Source: an uncultured Gemmatimonadaceae bacterium
GTDB lineage: Bacteria > Gemmatimonadota > Gemmatimonadetes > Gemmatimonadales > Gemmatimonadaceae
Direction: 5' to 3'
NCBI GenBank assembly: GCA_963761305.1
Contig: CAVXGK010000001.1
Coordinates: 864,001-928,000 of the forward strand
DNA length: 64,000 nucleotides
The notes beneath the pieces were generated by a model. It did no database searches. It was given only the letters and a program-made list of their open reading frames with translations, and was not told the DNA's origin. Position numbers and translations under genes: made by a program. Positions 41,477 through 51,294 of the stretch are shown piece after piece; positions within the stretch are counted from its first letter, which is position 1, and each line of letters begins with the position of its first letter.

Positions 41477-41730
41477 GTGCTCTTATCCGTCTCCTGTGCC
41501 TCACGAACGATCCGGCGGTGCTCGGCGATCTCCGGCGTGTCGTACGTGATGCGAACCTCGTAGTGAAAGAGCTCGCTGCGCACGTCGCCAATGAGTCGCA
41601 TGAGCTCGCCCGCGTCATTGAGCAGGCGTCCCTGGCGATCGAGCTCGCGGATGCGCTCGGCCAGCGCTCGCAGGAGCGCCTCGAGATTGCGCGCCCGACC
41701 TTCGTCGTACGTCTGTTCCTGCTCCGACAT
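41401..41730 (-). CDS. Hypothetical protein
   Basis: MSEQEQTYDEGRARNLEALL... helical ORF with an RBS-like upstream sequence; 3' end overlaps the DsbA gene. Confidence 0.65.
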   Translation of the reverse strand: MSEQEQTYDEGRARNLEALLRALAERIRELDRQGRLLNDAGELMRLIGDVRSELFHYEVRITYDTPEIAEHRRIVREAQETDKSTWQASEWTPPPPHAPRPDEDESPES

Positions 41731-41933
41731 GCATCCGCCTGAAAGAAAAGCCCTGCCCGCAACGAAAGATGCCACTGCGCAGACTCGAATGGTAGAACGA
41801 ACCGCGGCGCTCGCCGTCGCCGACCGCCTCGGCCGTCGGGCCATCGAGCGTGGAACGAGGGCGTTACCATTCAACCACGTCGCGTGCCTCTGCCCGAGCG
41901 CACACACACGCATTTCGAGACCGCCGGCCCCGC

Positions 41934-42788
41934 ATGGACGCTGATCTTCTTCGAATTCCCGTCGGCCCGGGCTCCATGCACGTGGAGCGATACGGTCACG
42001 GCGGCTCGCCGATCCTTCTCGTCCATGGTTTCGGCACGTGCGCGTTCCTGTGGCGTGAGGTCGGGCCGGGCCTCGCGTCGGCCAACCGCACGGCGTTCGC
42101 GGTCGATCTATTCGGGTATGGCGAATCCGACCGGCCGTTCGACGCGCAATTCGGCATCGAGGCGCAGTCGGACTACCTCGATCACGCGCTCACGGCGCTG
42201 CGTTTGGCCAAAGCGACCGTCGTCGGTGTGGACTTCGGCGGCGCGGTCGCGATGCATCTCGCGTACATGCGGCCCGAGCGGGTCGAGCGACTCGTGCTCG
42301 TGAACCCGATCGCGTTCGATGAAATCCCCGCCGACGACATCAAAACGTTGCAGCGCAACACGGCGCGATTCGCCATTCGAGTCTCGCGCGGGTTGCTCGG
42401 CGCGGCGCCGCTCGTGCGCGAGCTCCTCGAACGAAGCGTCGCCGCGCCGGACAAGATGCCCGACCATCTCGTCGCTCGTTACATGGCGCCGTACGTCGGA
42501 CAAGAGGGGCTCAATCACCTGCTCACGCTGGCGCGCGCGGTGGACGGCGAGGACATGGCCGACGTCGAGTTGGGACAGATCGATTGCCCGACGCTGATCG
42601 TTTGGGGCGACCAGGACCGCTTTTTGAGTCCCAAGATGGCCGACAAGCTCGCCGATACGATTCCTGGAAGCCGCCTGGTGCGTCTCCCCGGCACGGGCCG
42701 TCTCGTCCCCGAGGAGGCGCCCGACACGCTCTCGAACATGATCCTCGAGTTCGTCGGCGCCGCGGGAACGATCGCGCGCGCCGATTGA
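41934..42788 (+). CDS. Alpha/beta hydrolase fold protein (Asp-nucleophile type)
   Basis: LVHGF, DLFGYGESD, GVDFGG elbow, PTLIVWGDQD. Confidence 0.9.
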   Translation: MDADLLRIPVGPGSMHVERYGHGGSPILLVHGFGTCAFLWREVGPGLASANRTAFAVDLFGYGESDRPFDAQFGIEAQSDYLDHALTALRLAKATVVGVDFGGAVAMHLAYMRPERVERLVLVNPIAFDEIPADDIKTLQRNTARFAIRVSRGLLGAAPLVRELLERSVAAPDKMPDHLVARYMAPYVGQEGLNHLLTLARAVDGEDMADVELGQIDCPTLIVWGDQDRFLSPKMADKLADTIPGSRLVRLPGTGRLVPEEAPDTLSNMILEFVGAAGTIARAD

Positions 42789-42937
42789 TTGCTCGGCGAG
42801 CGATTCGCGGGACAATTCGCCCACGGAGTCGCCGCATAGGGGGCTTCACGGCGCAACGCTTGCGCATTGCCGCACGTAGAAACTCCGGGTCGATTATCTT
42901 ATCGCCTTCCCCAGTCTCACACCCCCAACCCAGGTAC

Positions 42938-43210
42938 ATGGCCAAGCAGAGAAATCGAGCGGTGAGGTCGGCGCCCCTTACGGCACCGACGCCCTTCGAG
43001 GAAGCGCGCGACGAGTTGTTCCAGCACATCATGCGGTGCGGCGTGGTCGGATCGGCGCCCGAAGATCAGAGCGAGTGGTTCACGGAGACGATGGCGTACA
43101 TGGCCGATCGGTATCCGGAGCTCGCCTCGGGCCAGATCGACGAGTTGCGCAAATTGGGCGAGCGGTTCTCGCAGCCGCCGAAGAAGCGCGACGACACGGC
43201 AGCCGCCTAG
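42938..43210 (+). CDS. Hypothetical protein
   Basis: MAKQRNR...FEEARDELFQHIMRCGV; followed by a terminator. Confidence 0.75.
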   Translation: MAKQRNRAVRSAPLTAPTPFEEARDELFQHIMRCGVVGSAPEDQSEWFTETMAYMADRYPELASGQIDELRKLGERFSQPPKKRDDTAAA

Positions 43211-43228
43211 CACATAGCTGACAGTAGG

Positions 43229-43254
43229 CGCCCCCGCAGTCTGGGGGCGTTTTC
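43229..43254 (+). terminator. Intrinsic terminator
   Basis: CGCCCCC-gcagtct-GGGGGCG followed by TTTT. Confidence 0.7.
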
Positions 43255-43270
43255 GTTGGCCAGGCGTTCC

Positions 43271-43747
43271 TCAGCGCCAGCGCGGCGGCGATCGTCGGAG
43301 CACGAACCCGATTCGCGCTCCACCGCCCAATCCCAGCTCGACCGCCGGAGTCCATCCGCCGCGACGACGTCCCTCGACGTCCATCACGACGGTCAGATAC
43401 GGCGTCTTGAAACCGTTGCCGGTGATCGGCGCGCTGAGACCGCCGCCGAGCGACAGGGCAACGTTGTTTTCGCGCAGTGGATCGAGCAGAAATCGCGCGA
43501 TCGCGTCCACGCGCCCGACGGCGGACGAGGTCCCGTCGCGCCACGTCGCTCCCACCGCGCCGTCGAAGCCGCATCGAACGTAGACTCCGACCGGCGCAAC
43601 GATGCCGACTCCGCCCTGCACCGTCGTCCGGTTGGCGAGGATCGCATCGGCCCGCAACTCGGGATAGGTCGTCGGCTCCTGCTGCGCCGCAAGCCCGCCG
43701 GCGAGCGCCGTGCTCAGGAGGATCGCTAGCGAGCGCGCGCGTGCCAC
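43271..43747 (-). CDS. Hypothetical exported protein, beta-strand rich
   Basis: Signal peptide (LLSTALAGGLAA), alternating beta-strand pattern. Confidence 0.6.
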   Translation of the reverse strand: MARARSLAILLSTALAGGLAAQQEPTTYPELRADAILANRTTVQGGVGIVAPVGVYVRCGFDGAVGATWRDGTSSAVGRVDAIARFLLDPLRENNVALSLGGGLSAPITGNGFKTPYLTVVMDVEGRRRGGWTPAVELGLGGGARIGFVLRRSPPRWR

Positions 43748-44253
43748 AAAGCGAGCGTGTAGTCAAACACCGAAAACGCCGACGCGAGGCCGACGAGCCA
43801 GAGCATCGGTTGGATGCGCCGCGGCGCCAGCAGGAGCACGACGAAGGCGATGAACTGCAGCATCGTCACGAGCTTTCCCGCGCGACGCGCGCGAAAATGG
43901 ACGGGCCTGAGCCACGACACCGACCGCGCGACGATGAACCCGATCGCCGTCATGATGTCACGCGACAGCATGACGAGCGCGGCCCATAACGACAGCGCGC
44001 CCGACTCCAGAAACGTCAGCACCGCGACGAAGGCGAAGATTCGATCGGCCGCCGGATCGATCAAAGCGCCGAGTCGCGTCGTCCATTGCGCGCGCCGAGC
44101 GAGCCAACCGTCGAGCACGTCCGTCACCGCGGCGATGCCGACGAGACCGAGACGCTTGTCCACGTCGGTGACCAGCGCGAAGCCCGCGGCGAGCAGGACG
44201 CGCGACGATGAAATCACATTCGGGAGAGCGCGGAGCCTCTCTCGCGAGATCAT
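43726..44253 (-). CDS. CDP-alcohol phosphatidyltransferase family protein
   Basis: LPNVISSSR, TDVLDGWLARR...GALIDPAAD. Confidence 0.93.
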   Translation of the reverse strand: MISRERLRALPNVISSSRVLLAAGFALVTDVDKRLGLVGIAAVTDVLDGWLARRAQWTTRLGALIDPAADRIFAFVAVLTFLESGALSLWAALVMLSRDIMTAIGFIVARSVSWLRPVHFRARRAGKLVTMLQFIAFVVLLLAPRRIQPMLWLVGLASAFSVFDYTLALWHARAR

Positions 44254-44363
44254 GGCCCAAACCTAACGTCGAGGCCGCGGCCGCAATCCAAACGGCGTCC
44301 TGAGCGACGCTTGCCAGCGCGGAACGGCGCCCATAGCTTCGCCGATTCTCCCCCGACAACACC

Positions 44364-45836
44364 GTGAAAGCATTGAGAATCGCATCATACGCGTTCGCGG
44401 CCCTCGCCGCGGCATGCGGCGCGCCCGCGACCATCGCGACGGTATCCACGCTCAGCCCGTCGTCCGGCCCGGTCGCGACGATCGACCGGCGAATCGGGCT
44501 CTCGAGCAATCCCGATATCGCAGCGGCCCTCGCCGAGGTCAATCCGGCCAACATTCGACACACCGATTCGGTGCTGGTGTCGTTCGGGACGCGCAACACG
44601 TTCTCCGACACCACGTCCCCGACGCACGGCATCGGCGCGGCGCGGCGATGGATCTACTCCGAATTTCAGCGCTATTCGCAAGCGTGTGGCGGCTGCCTTC
44701 GCGTCGAATACAACGCGAAGGTCCAACAGATCGGCCGCGCGCAGCAGATCGAAGCCAACATCGTCGACGTGCTTGCGTGGCTTCCGGGTCGGGACACCAC
44801 GCGCGTCGTCGTGATGAGCGGCCACTACGATTCGTGCGTCTGCGGCAACCCCAACGGCACGAACGATTCGACCTCGACCGCGCCAGGCGCTGACGACGAC
44901 GGCTCGGGCAGCTCGGCCGTGATCGAGCTCGCGCGCGCGTTCTCCAAGCGGTTCCCGAAAGGGCTCGACGCATCGATCATCTTCGTCACCGTCGCGTCGG
45001 AAGAACAGGGACTCAACGGTTCACGGCAGCTGGCCGAGTGGTTGCACGAGAAGGGATACAAGGTGGTGGCCGGCATGACAGACGACATCGTGGGCAACGT
45101 CGTCGCCGAGGACGGCTACATCGACTCGACCAGCATGCGCATCTTCGCCGCCGATCCCGACAACTCGCCGAGCCGCGAGCTCGGGCGCTACGTGTGGGCG
45201 CTGGACCGTGTTTATCTGCCGAACTTCGACGTGCTCCCGGTGTGGCGGCTGGATCGCATCGGCCGCGGCGGCGATCACGAGCCGTACGTCACACTCGGCG
45301 ATCCCGGGCTGCGATTCACGGAACGCGTCGAGAACTACAACCGACAGCACTTGCCGACCGACGATTTCGCGCACGTGAACTTCGGATATGTCGCGAACGT
45401 GGCGCGCGTGAACGCCATGACGGTCGCGTCGTTGGCGATGGCTCCCGCGACGCCGGCGAACGCGCGGGCGGCGCGACAGGGACGCAACATCACCGAGGGT
45501 TCCACCTCGGGCGGGCAGGCGTGGACGCTCAGCTGGGACGCGTCGCCGGGGGCCGTGGGCTACGAGCTCCTCGTGCGTCTCACGACCGAGCCGACGTGGT
45601 CGAAGGTCATTCCGCTCGGCAACATCACGCGTTGCACGTTGCGACGCCAACTCGACGACGAGTGGTCGGCGGTGCGCGCGATCGGAGCGAACGGCTCGCG
45701 GTCGATGGCCGCGTCGATGCCGACGCCCAACGCGCCGCGTCCGGCCAACCCGAACGCGGCCGGTGGAGGACGCGGGGCCGGCGGCGCGGGTCGGGGCGGG
45801 CCGCCGCAACCTCCGCCGCCGCCGTGCGGCGCGTAA
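44364..45836 (+). CDS. M28 family peptidase, lipoprotein
   Basis: Lipobox AAAC, SGHYDS, GADDDGSG, SEEQGL, GGDH, QH. Confidence 0.92.
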   Translation: MKALRIASYAFAALAAACGAPATIATVSTLSPSSGPVATIDRRIGLSSNPDIAAALAEVNPANIRHTDSVLVSFGTRNTFSDTTSPTHGIGAARRWIYSEFQRYSQACGGCLRVEYNAKVQQIGRAQQIEANIVDVLAWLPGRDTTRVVVMSGHYDSCVCGNPNGTNDSTSTAPGADDDGSGSSAVIELARAFSKRFPKGLDASIIFVTVASEEQGLNGSRQLAEWLHEKGYKVVAGMTDDIVGNVVAEDGYIDSTSMRIFAADPDNSPSRELGRYVWALDRVYLPNFDVLPVWRLDRIGRGGDHEPYVTLGDPGLRFTERVENYNRQHLPTDDFAHVNFGYVANVARVNAMTVASLAMAPATPANARAARQGRNITEGSTSGGQAWTLSWDASPGAVGYELLVRLTTEPTWSKVIPLGNITRCTLRRQLDDEWSAVRAIGANGSRSMAASMPTPNAPRPANPNAAGGGRGAGGAGRGGPPQPPPPPCGA

Positions 45837-45924
45837 CGCGCGCGAGTGCGGTCGGGTTCGGCGTGGACGTCTTTTCGCGCCGGCTCACGCCGCGCCACGT
45901 GAAGACGGTGGTGCGAAGCCGCGG

Positions 45925-47508
45925 ATGAGAAACTTTCTCGCCCCGGCGCACCTGGCGCTGACGGGCATCATCCTGATCTGGGACATCGTGCTCGCCGGTC
46001 GCATCGCGCAGAACGATCAGGCCGAGCGTCCGCTGCAGGTCATGTGTGGATTCGCCGCGCTGGTGATCGTTCCAGCGCTGTTGCTGTATCTGGCGACGTC
46101 TACGGTGCTGACGAATCGCGCCGTGCAGACGATGGACTGGCTCTGGCCCGCCGTGCTCATTCTCTACGCCGCGCAGTCGGTCTACGCGCTCGTCCGTGGG
46201 CTCGTCCCCGGCGAGCTCATTCGAGAATCGGCGACTCCGCGCGTCGGTGGGTTCGGGCTTCCGCGGTTCCTATTCGCGCTCGGCCTGCCGATCGCCGCGT
46301 ACAACGTGCTGATCGCGGGCGTCGGCGTGATCCGGTATCTCGTGGCGCACGGCCACACGTCGGTCCAGCCGTTCGTCGCGCTGCTCGGCGCGCAGAGCCT
46401 GGCGATGGTGCTAGCCGGAGGCACGGCGAGTGTGCTGGCGACGCCCTTTTACATGAACGTGCCCATCATCTCGCCGGCCTTTCCGGCGCTCTACAAGTTC
46501 ACGGCGCCGTTTCGCGCGCTGGTGTCGATCTACGGGCTCGCCTGGGTGGTGGTGATCGTCGTTTTCGGACTGCCGCGGGCGGTGATCCAGCTCCAGAGCT
46601 ACGCGGCGCACGCGCGCGATCCACTGCGCGAGCGGCCCAACGGCGACTTCGCCGTCGGACTCAAGATTCTTCCTGATCTCTCCGCGGCCCCGCCGCCCGC
46701 GGCGATCCGCGCCGACTCGGCCCTCGCCGACACGATGGAAGTGGATGCGGTAGCCGTCGTCGTGCGGCCGGGGATCAGCCGCGCCGGACTCGATTCGCTC
46801 GCGCGCGTGCTCGATCCGGCGCGGCGCGACAGCACGACGATCGTCGTCGCCATCGGCTATCCACGTTTGCTCATTCCCGAGATCCAAACGCGGCCGCTCG
46901 ACGAAGCCGGCCGGCTGCTCACGATTCGGCACGTCGTCGAGCGTCTGCACCCGGACATCCTGCTCCCCGCCGAGGATCCGTACGCTGCAGGGTCGCTGGT
47001 CGTCGGCACGCTGCAACCGGCGCGCTGGGAATCGTATCTGATCGACGCCGTGCGCGTCGCAAAGGCGGTCGATCCAAAAGTGCGTATCGGCGTCTCGGCG
47101 TCGGACTATCGTCACGGCGACAGCGTGCTCTACGCCTGGGCCGCGCGGGCGCGCTCGCCGGTGGACCTCGTGGGCTTCTCGTTTTTCCCGTCGCCGTACG
47201 TGGGAGGCGGCATTCAGTCGGACACTCGCACCGCCGACCGGTGGATGCGCGCGACCCCGACGCACAAGGATATCTGGATCTTCGCGACGGGCGGATATCC
47301 GCTCGCGTACGGCGAGCGCAGCCAGGCCGACGCGATCTGGCAGGTGCTGGCCTGGGGCACCGATCACGCCGCGGTCAAGGGCGCCATCGTGTACGAGGCG
47401 GGTGACTACCTGCAAGCGCGCGGGCTGCGCGCTCCCAACGGACGATTGCGTCCCGCCGCGTCGACCGTGATGCGCGCGCTGGCCGGGCTGCGGGAGTCGG
47501 TGAGATAG
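45925..47508 (+). CDS. Polytopic membrane protein with C-terminal glycoside-hydrolase-like TIM barrel
   Basis: About six N-terminal TM segments, then AVDPKVRIGVS, VDLVGFSFFP, KDIWIFATG resembling clan GH-A strands. Confidence 0.65.
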   Translation: MRNFLAPAHLALTGIILIWDIVLAGRIAQNDQAERPLQVMCGFAALVIVPALLLYLATSTVLTNRAVQTMDWLWPAVLILYAAQSVYALVRGLVPGELIRESATPRVGGFGLPRFLFALGLPIAAYNVLIAGVGVIRYLVAHGHTSVQPFVALLGAQSLAMVLAGGTASVLATPFYMNVPIISPAFPALYKFTAPFRALVSIYGLAWVVVIVVFGLPRAVIQLQSYAAHARDPLRERPNGDFAVGLKILPDLSAAPPPAAIRADSALADTMEVDAVAVVVRPGISRAGLDSLARVLDPARRDSTTIVVAIGYPRLLIPEIQTRPLDEAGRLLTIRHVVERLHPDILLPAEDPYAAGSLVVGTLQPARWESYLIDAVRVAKAVDPKVRIGVSASDYRHGDSVLYAWAARARSPVDLVGFSFFPSPYVGGGIQSDTRTADRWMRATPTHKDIWIFATGGYPLAYGERSQADAIWQVLAWGTDHAAVKGAIVYEAGDYLQARGLRAPNGRLRPAASTVMRALAGLRESVR

Positions 47509-47509
47509 G

Positions 47510-47591
47510 GGTGGACCGGTGGACCGGGCAGTTTGGGGCGTGATCGAGAAATCTGACGTCAGATATCTGACATCAGACGTCAGACATCTCC
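47510..47591. repeat. Composite intergenic repeat, copy 2
   Basis: GGTGGACCGGTGGACCGG then GAGAAATCTGACGTCAGATATCTGACATCAGACGTCAGACATCTCC; same order as 32381-32508. Confidence 0.88.
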
Positions 47592-47604
47592 CGTGCACCC
47601 GCCC

Positions 47605-50241
47605 TCAGACTCGCTTTCCGGTACCTCGCACGATGCCCTCGACGCGTCTCGACGGATCGAAGTAGTCGAGCGCCACGCGCTGCATCGCCACGGGTGTCAC
47701 GGCGCGGATGCGGGACTCGTACTCGTCCAGATCGCCGAGCTGTCCGAACAGATACGCGTCGACGACGTCGCCCAACACGGCGGCTCCGCTCTGCTGGCGG
47801 ATGGCGTGAATGCCGATCGCGTAGGTCTGCGCGCGCGAAAGCTCCTGCGCCGTCACGGGCTGTTCGCGCAACCGCGCGAACTCGGCGAGCAGTGCGTCGC
47901 GCGCCGCGTCCTCCTGCTCGGGCGACGTCGCGATGTACGCGCCGAACGCGCCGGCGAGCGCGCGCTCGGCCACGAAGGCGGTCACCGTGTAGCACAACGA
48001 ACGCTTGTCGCGAAGCTCCTCGAAGAAGCGTCCGCCGAGCCCGCTGGCGACCGTCGCGATCATCGCGGCGGCAAAACGCGCCGGGTCCGAGCGCGAGGGA
48101 CCGGGAAACAGGAGCGCCATCGCGGTTTGCGCGCGGTCGCGCGTTTCGATCTCGCTCGCCATCGTCGCCGGCCACTCGGGCTTCGCGACTGCCGTCATCG
48201 CCGTGCGACGAAGGTCGACGAACGCGCGCGCCGCGAGCTCGGCCAGCTGGCCGGGCTCGGCGTCGCCGACGAGCGCGATGATGCAGTCGCTGTGCATCGC
48301 CCGCGTCGCGTGCCACGCCCGCACTTCGTCCACGGTGATTCGATGGAGCGAGTCGTCGGTGCCGCCGGGCGCCAAGCCGTACGGGTGACCGACGAACGCC
48401 GATTCCGTGGCCAGGCGCATCGGAAAGCGATACATGTCGTCGCGTAGCGCGGCCACGTCGGCCAGCGCGATGGCGCGCTCGGTGTCGAGCGCTTCGCCCC
48501 CGAACGTCGCATGCTGCACGACGTCGGCGAGCAGTTCCACCGCCGCGGCGGCGTGGCGCGACGGCACCGAGATGCTCCACCGAAAGCTGTCCCCACTCAC
48601 CGCGCCCGACACGCTTCCGCCCAGCATCTCTCCGTCCTCGGCGATCTGCTCGGCGCTGCGCGACGCCGTGCCCTTGAGGGCGGTGCGGACCATGAGCGTC
48701 GTCAGGCCGGCGAGCGCCGATTCTTCGTCGCGCGTGCCGCCGACGACGTAGGCGCCGGCGTGCACCAGCGGAGAGCCCGGCTTGGCGCGCACCACGATCG
48801 GTATGCCCTCGTGCGTCCGGTACTCGAAGACGCCGGCCTCTTCGCGGACGAACTGCGGGCTTTTCGCGGACGGGAGAATGCGCGCCGTGTACGCGGGCTG
48901 CGGCGCGAGCGGTTGGGGCCGCGGGTCGCGGTCGAGCAGCGCGCGCATGTCGGCCGGCGAACCGGCCAGCGAATCGCTCGACACCGGGCGATAGATCATG
49001 ACGCCCGCGCGATCGGCCTCGAGATACTCGCGCGCGACTCGCGTGACGTCGTCGCGGGTGGCGAGCATCACGCGCTCGAGATAGTCGTCGCCCATGCGCC
49101 AATCGCCCAGCGCTTCCCACTCGGCGAGGTGCGTGGCTTGACCTTCCATGTCCTCGAGACGGCGAATCCAGCGCGACTCGAACACGCGCTGCGCGCGTTC
49201 GACTTCGAGGTCGCCAATCTCACCCTCGCGCGCGGCACGAATCTGATTCCACATCGCGCGCGCGGCTTCCCCCGCCGCCGCGGGAGGCGTTTCGGCGTGG
49301 GCGACGAACACGCCAATCTCCGTCGGCGTGTAGTGGTACGCGCTTACCGCCGACGCGAGCCGCCGTTCGCGGACGGCGCGATAGAGTCGCGACGCCCGGC
49401 CCGTGCCGAGCACGCCGGCGAGGACCTCGAGCACCGGCGTATCCGGATGGCTCGTGCCGGGCGTGCGCCAGCCGAACGCGATCTGCGTCTGCGCGACGTC
49501 GCCGGTCTGGTCGCGATAGCGAAACCCCGGCGCGCCCTCTTCGCTCGGCCCGGGCGAATACTCGGGCTCTCCCGCCGCCAGCGCGCCGTACCGCCGATCC
49601 ACCTCGGCCAGCGCGGCATCGGGGTCGACGTCGCCGACGATTGAGAGAATCGTCTTGCCAGGACGATAAAAATTGCGATAGAAGCCTACGACATTGCCCT
49701 GCCGAAGCGCACGCAGCCCCGGCTCGCGCCCGATTCGCCAACGGCGAATGCGGTGCCGGTCGTGGAGCAGCTCGTAGAGCGTCTCGGTGGCCACGGCGCC
49801 GGGATTGTCCGCCTTGCGCTTGGCTTCCTGGATGATGACCTCGAGCTCGCGCGCCAGCTCGCCGTCGTCGATCAGCGAATGCGCGTAGGCGTCGGCCTGG
49901 ATGTCGAGGCCGGCGACGAAGCTCGAGGACGGCAGCACCGTGTAGTAAATCGTGTGGTCGTAGATCGTGGCCGCGTTGAGGTAGCCGCCCGCGGCCTTCG
50001 TCTCCTTCGCGATCTCGCCGACGCCGCGGGTCGGCGTCCCCTTGAAGTACATGTGCTCGAGGACGTGCGCGATGCCGACGACGTCGTCGGTTTCGTCGAA
50101 GTAGCCGGCGCGTACGTACGTGACGATCGCGACGACCGGCGCCGACGGGTCGCGGCGGACGAGCACGGTGAGGCCGTTGGGCAGTCGCGTTCGCACGACC
50201 GGCAACGACGGGGGCGAACCCGGCGGAGCGTGCGCCGTCAA
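47605..50241 (-). CDS. M16 family (pitrilysin-like) zinc peptidase
   Basis: LPNGL, GIAHVLEHMYFKGT (HxxEH), duplicated M16 halves. Confidence 0.94.
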   Translation of the reverse strand: MTAHAPPGSPPSLPVVRTRLPNGLTVLVRRDPSAPVVAIVTYVRAGYFDETDDVVGIAHVLEHMYFKGTPTRGVGEIAKETKAAGGYLNAATIYDHTIYYTVLPSSSFVAGLDIQADAYAHSLIDDGELARELEVIIQEAKRKADNPGAVATETLYELLHDRHRIRRWRIGREPGLRALRQGNVVGFYRNFYRPGKTILSIVGDVDPDAALAEVDRRYGALAAGEPEYSPGPSEEGAPGFRYRDQTGDVAQTQIAFGWRTPGTSHPDTPVLEVLAGVLGTGRASRLYRAVRERRLASAVSAYHYTPTEIGVFVAHAETPPAAAGEAARAMWNQIRAAREGEIGDLEVERAQRVFESRWIRRLEDMEGQATHLAEWEALGDWRMGDDYLERVMLATRDDVTRVAREYLEADRAGVMIYRPVSSDSLAGSPADMRALLDRDPRPQPLAPQPAYTARILPSAKSPQFVREEAGVFEYRTHEGIPIVVRAKPGSPLVHAGAYVVGGTRDEESALAGLTTLMVRTALKGTASRSAEQIAEDGEMLGGSVSGAVSGDSFRWSISVPSRHAAAAVELLADVVQHATFGGEALDTERAIALADVAALRDDMYRFPMRLATESAFVGHPYGLAPGGTDDSLHRITVDEVRAWHATRAMHSDCIIALVGDAEPGQLAELAARAFVDLRRTAMTAVAKPEWPATMASEIETRDRAQTAMALLFPGPSRSDPARFAAAMIATVASGLGGRFFEELRDKRSLCYTVTAFVAERALAGAFGAYIATSPEQEDAARDALLAEFARLREQPVTAQELSRAQTYAIGIHAIRQQSGAAVLGDVVDAYLFGQLGDLDEYESRIRAVTPVAMQRVALDYFDPSRRVEGIVRGTGKRV

Positions 50242-51294
50242 CTAGGGCTTCACGAGACCGGCGGGTCCCGCCGGGTCGCCCATCTGTTTGGCCGCCGGCG
50301 TCGCGGGTGTACAGCTGGTCCACGCTCCGGGCCCAGCGCGATTCATGAAGTTCGTCGCTTCTGGGGTGCGGCCGAGTCGCATCAAGGTGCAACCGAGGTA
50401 GCCGAGCGCGACCTTGTCGTTGGGATCCAGCTGTAGGGCGCGAACGTAGAACGTTTTCGCCAGCTCATAGTTCTTCTGCATGAGCAGATTCGCGCCCATC
50501 TCGCGCAACGCCAGCTCGCTGTTCGGATCGGCTTCGATCGCCAGCTTGAGCTCCTGCGTCGCCAGCGAATAGTTGCCGACGTCGCGCGCCATGCGCGCGA
50601 GATAAATGTGCGGGCGCGCCGCCGCGGGATTCTCGCGCTCGGCCCGACTGAACGCGTTGGCGGCGACTTCACGCTGCCCGCGCTGATAGGCGACGATTCC
50701 CTCCTCGAGCGGATCGTGCGATCGCCGGCCGAAGACGAAGTAGCCGCCGACGCCCAGGATCACCACGGCGAGGACCGCCGAGGTGAGGATTGCCCAGGAA
50801 GGAAGACCGACGCGTCCCGCGGTTGGCGCGGCAACCGGAGCCGGCTCCCACGCGGGGGCGGCCGGCGGGCGTGGCGGCTCGCGCATCATGGGATCGCGCA
50901 TCACCGGATCGCGCGGGCCTGTCGCGCTGGGCGGCGGCCCGGAGTTGGAAAGCGCGACGTCCAGCTTCTGCACCGCACTCCGCGCCGCGGCAATGTCGGA
51001 ATCCGTCGGCCGGTAGCTCGTGTCCTGGAGCCGGTCGTGCACCGCCGAAAGCTCGGCGAGCGCATTGGCCTGATCGAAGTCGATGAGCTGACGCTGGCGG
51101 ACCTCGCGAATCAGCGGCTGTCCCGAGAGCGTGTTCGAACCCGCGAGCAAGCGCAACGCCGACTCGGTCGCCGACCAGACGTCGATCAAGTCGGCGGCCG
51201 TGTCCTCGGGGCCGCGAATCGAATCGAGACGAGCAACGGCGGGTCTCGCCGCGTCGAGCGCGGCGCCGGCGTTGCGCTGTGCCGCCGTCGTCAC
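50242..51294 (-). CDS. Membrane-anchored TPR protein
   Basis: Helical N-domain, Pro-rich linker, single TM, TPR repeats. Confidence 0.8.
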   Translation of the reverse strand: MTTAAQRNAGAALDAARPAVARLDSIRGPEDTAADLIDVWSATESALRLLAGSNTLSGQPLIREVRQRQLIDFDQANALAELSAVHDRLQDTSYRPTDSDIAAARSAVQKLDVALSNSGPPPSATGPRDPVMRDPMMREPPRPPAAPAWEPAPVAAPTAGRVGLPSWAILTSAVLAVVILGVGGYFVFGRRSHDPLEEGIVAYQRGQREVAANAFSRAERENPAAARPHIYLARMARDVGNYSLATQELKLAIEADPNSELALREMGANLLMQKNYELAKTFYVRALQLDPNDKVALGYLGCTLMRLGRTPEATNFMNRAGPGAWTSCTPATPAAKQMGDPAGPAGLVKP

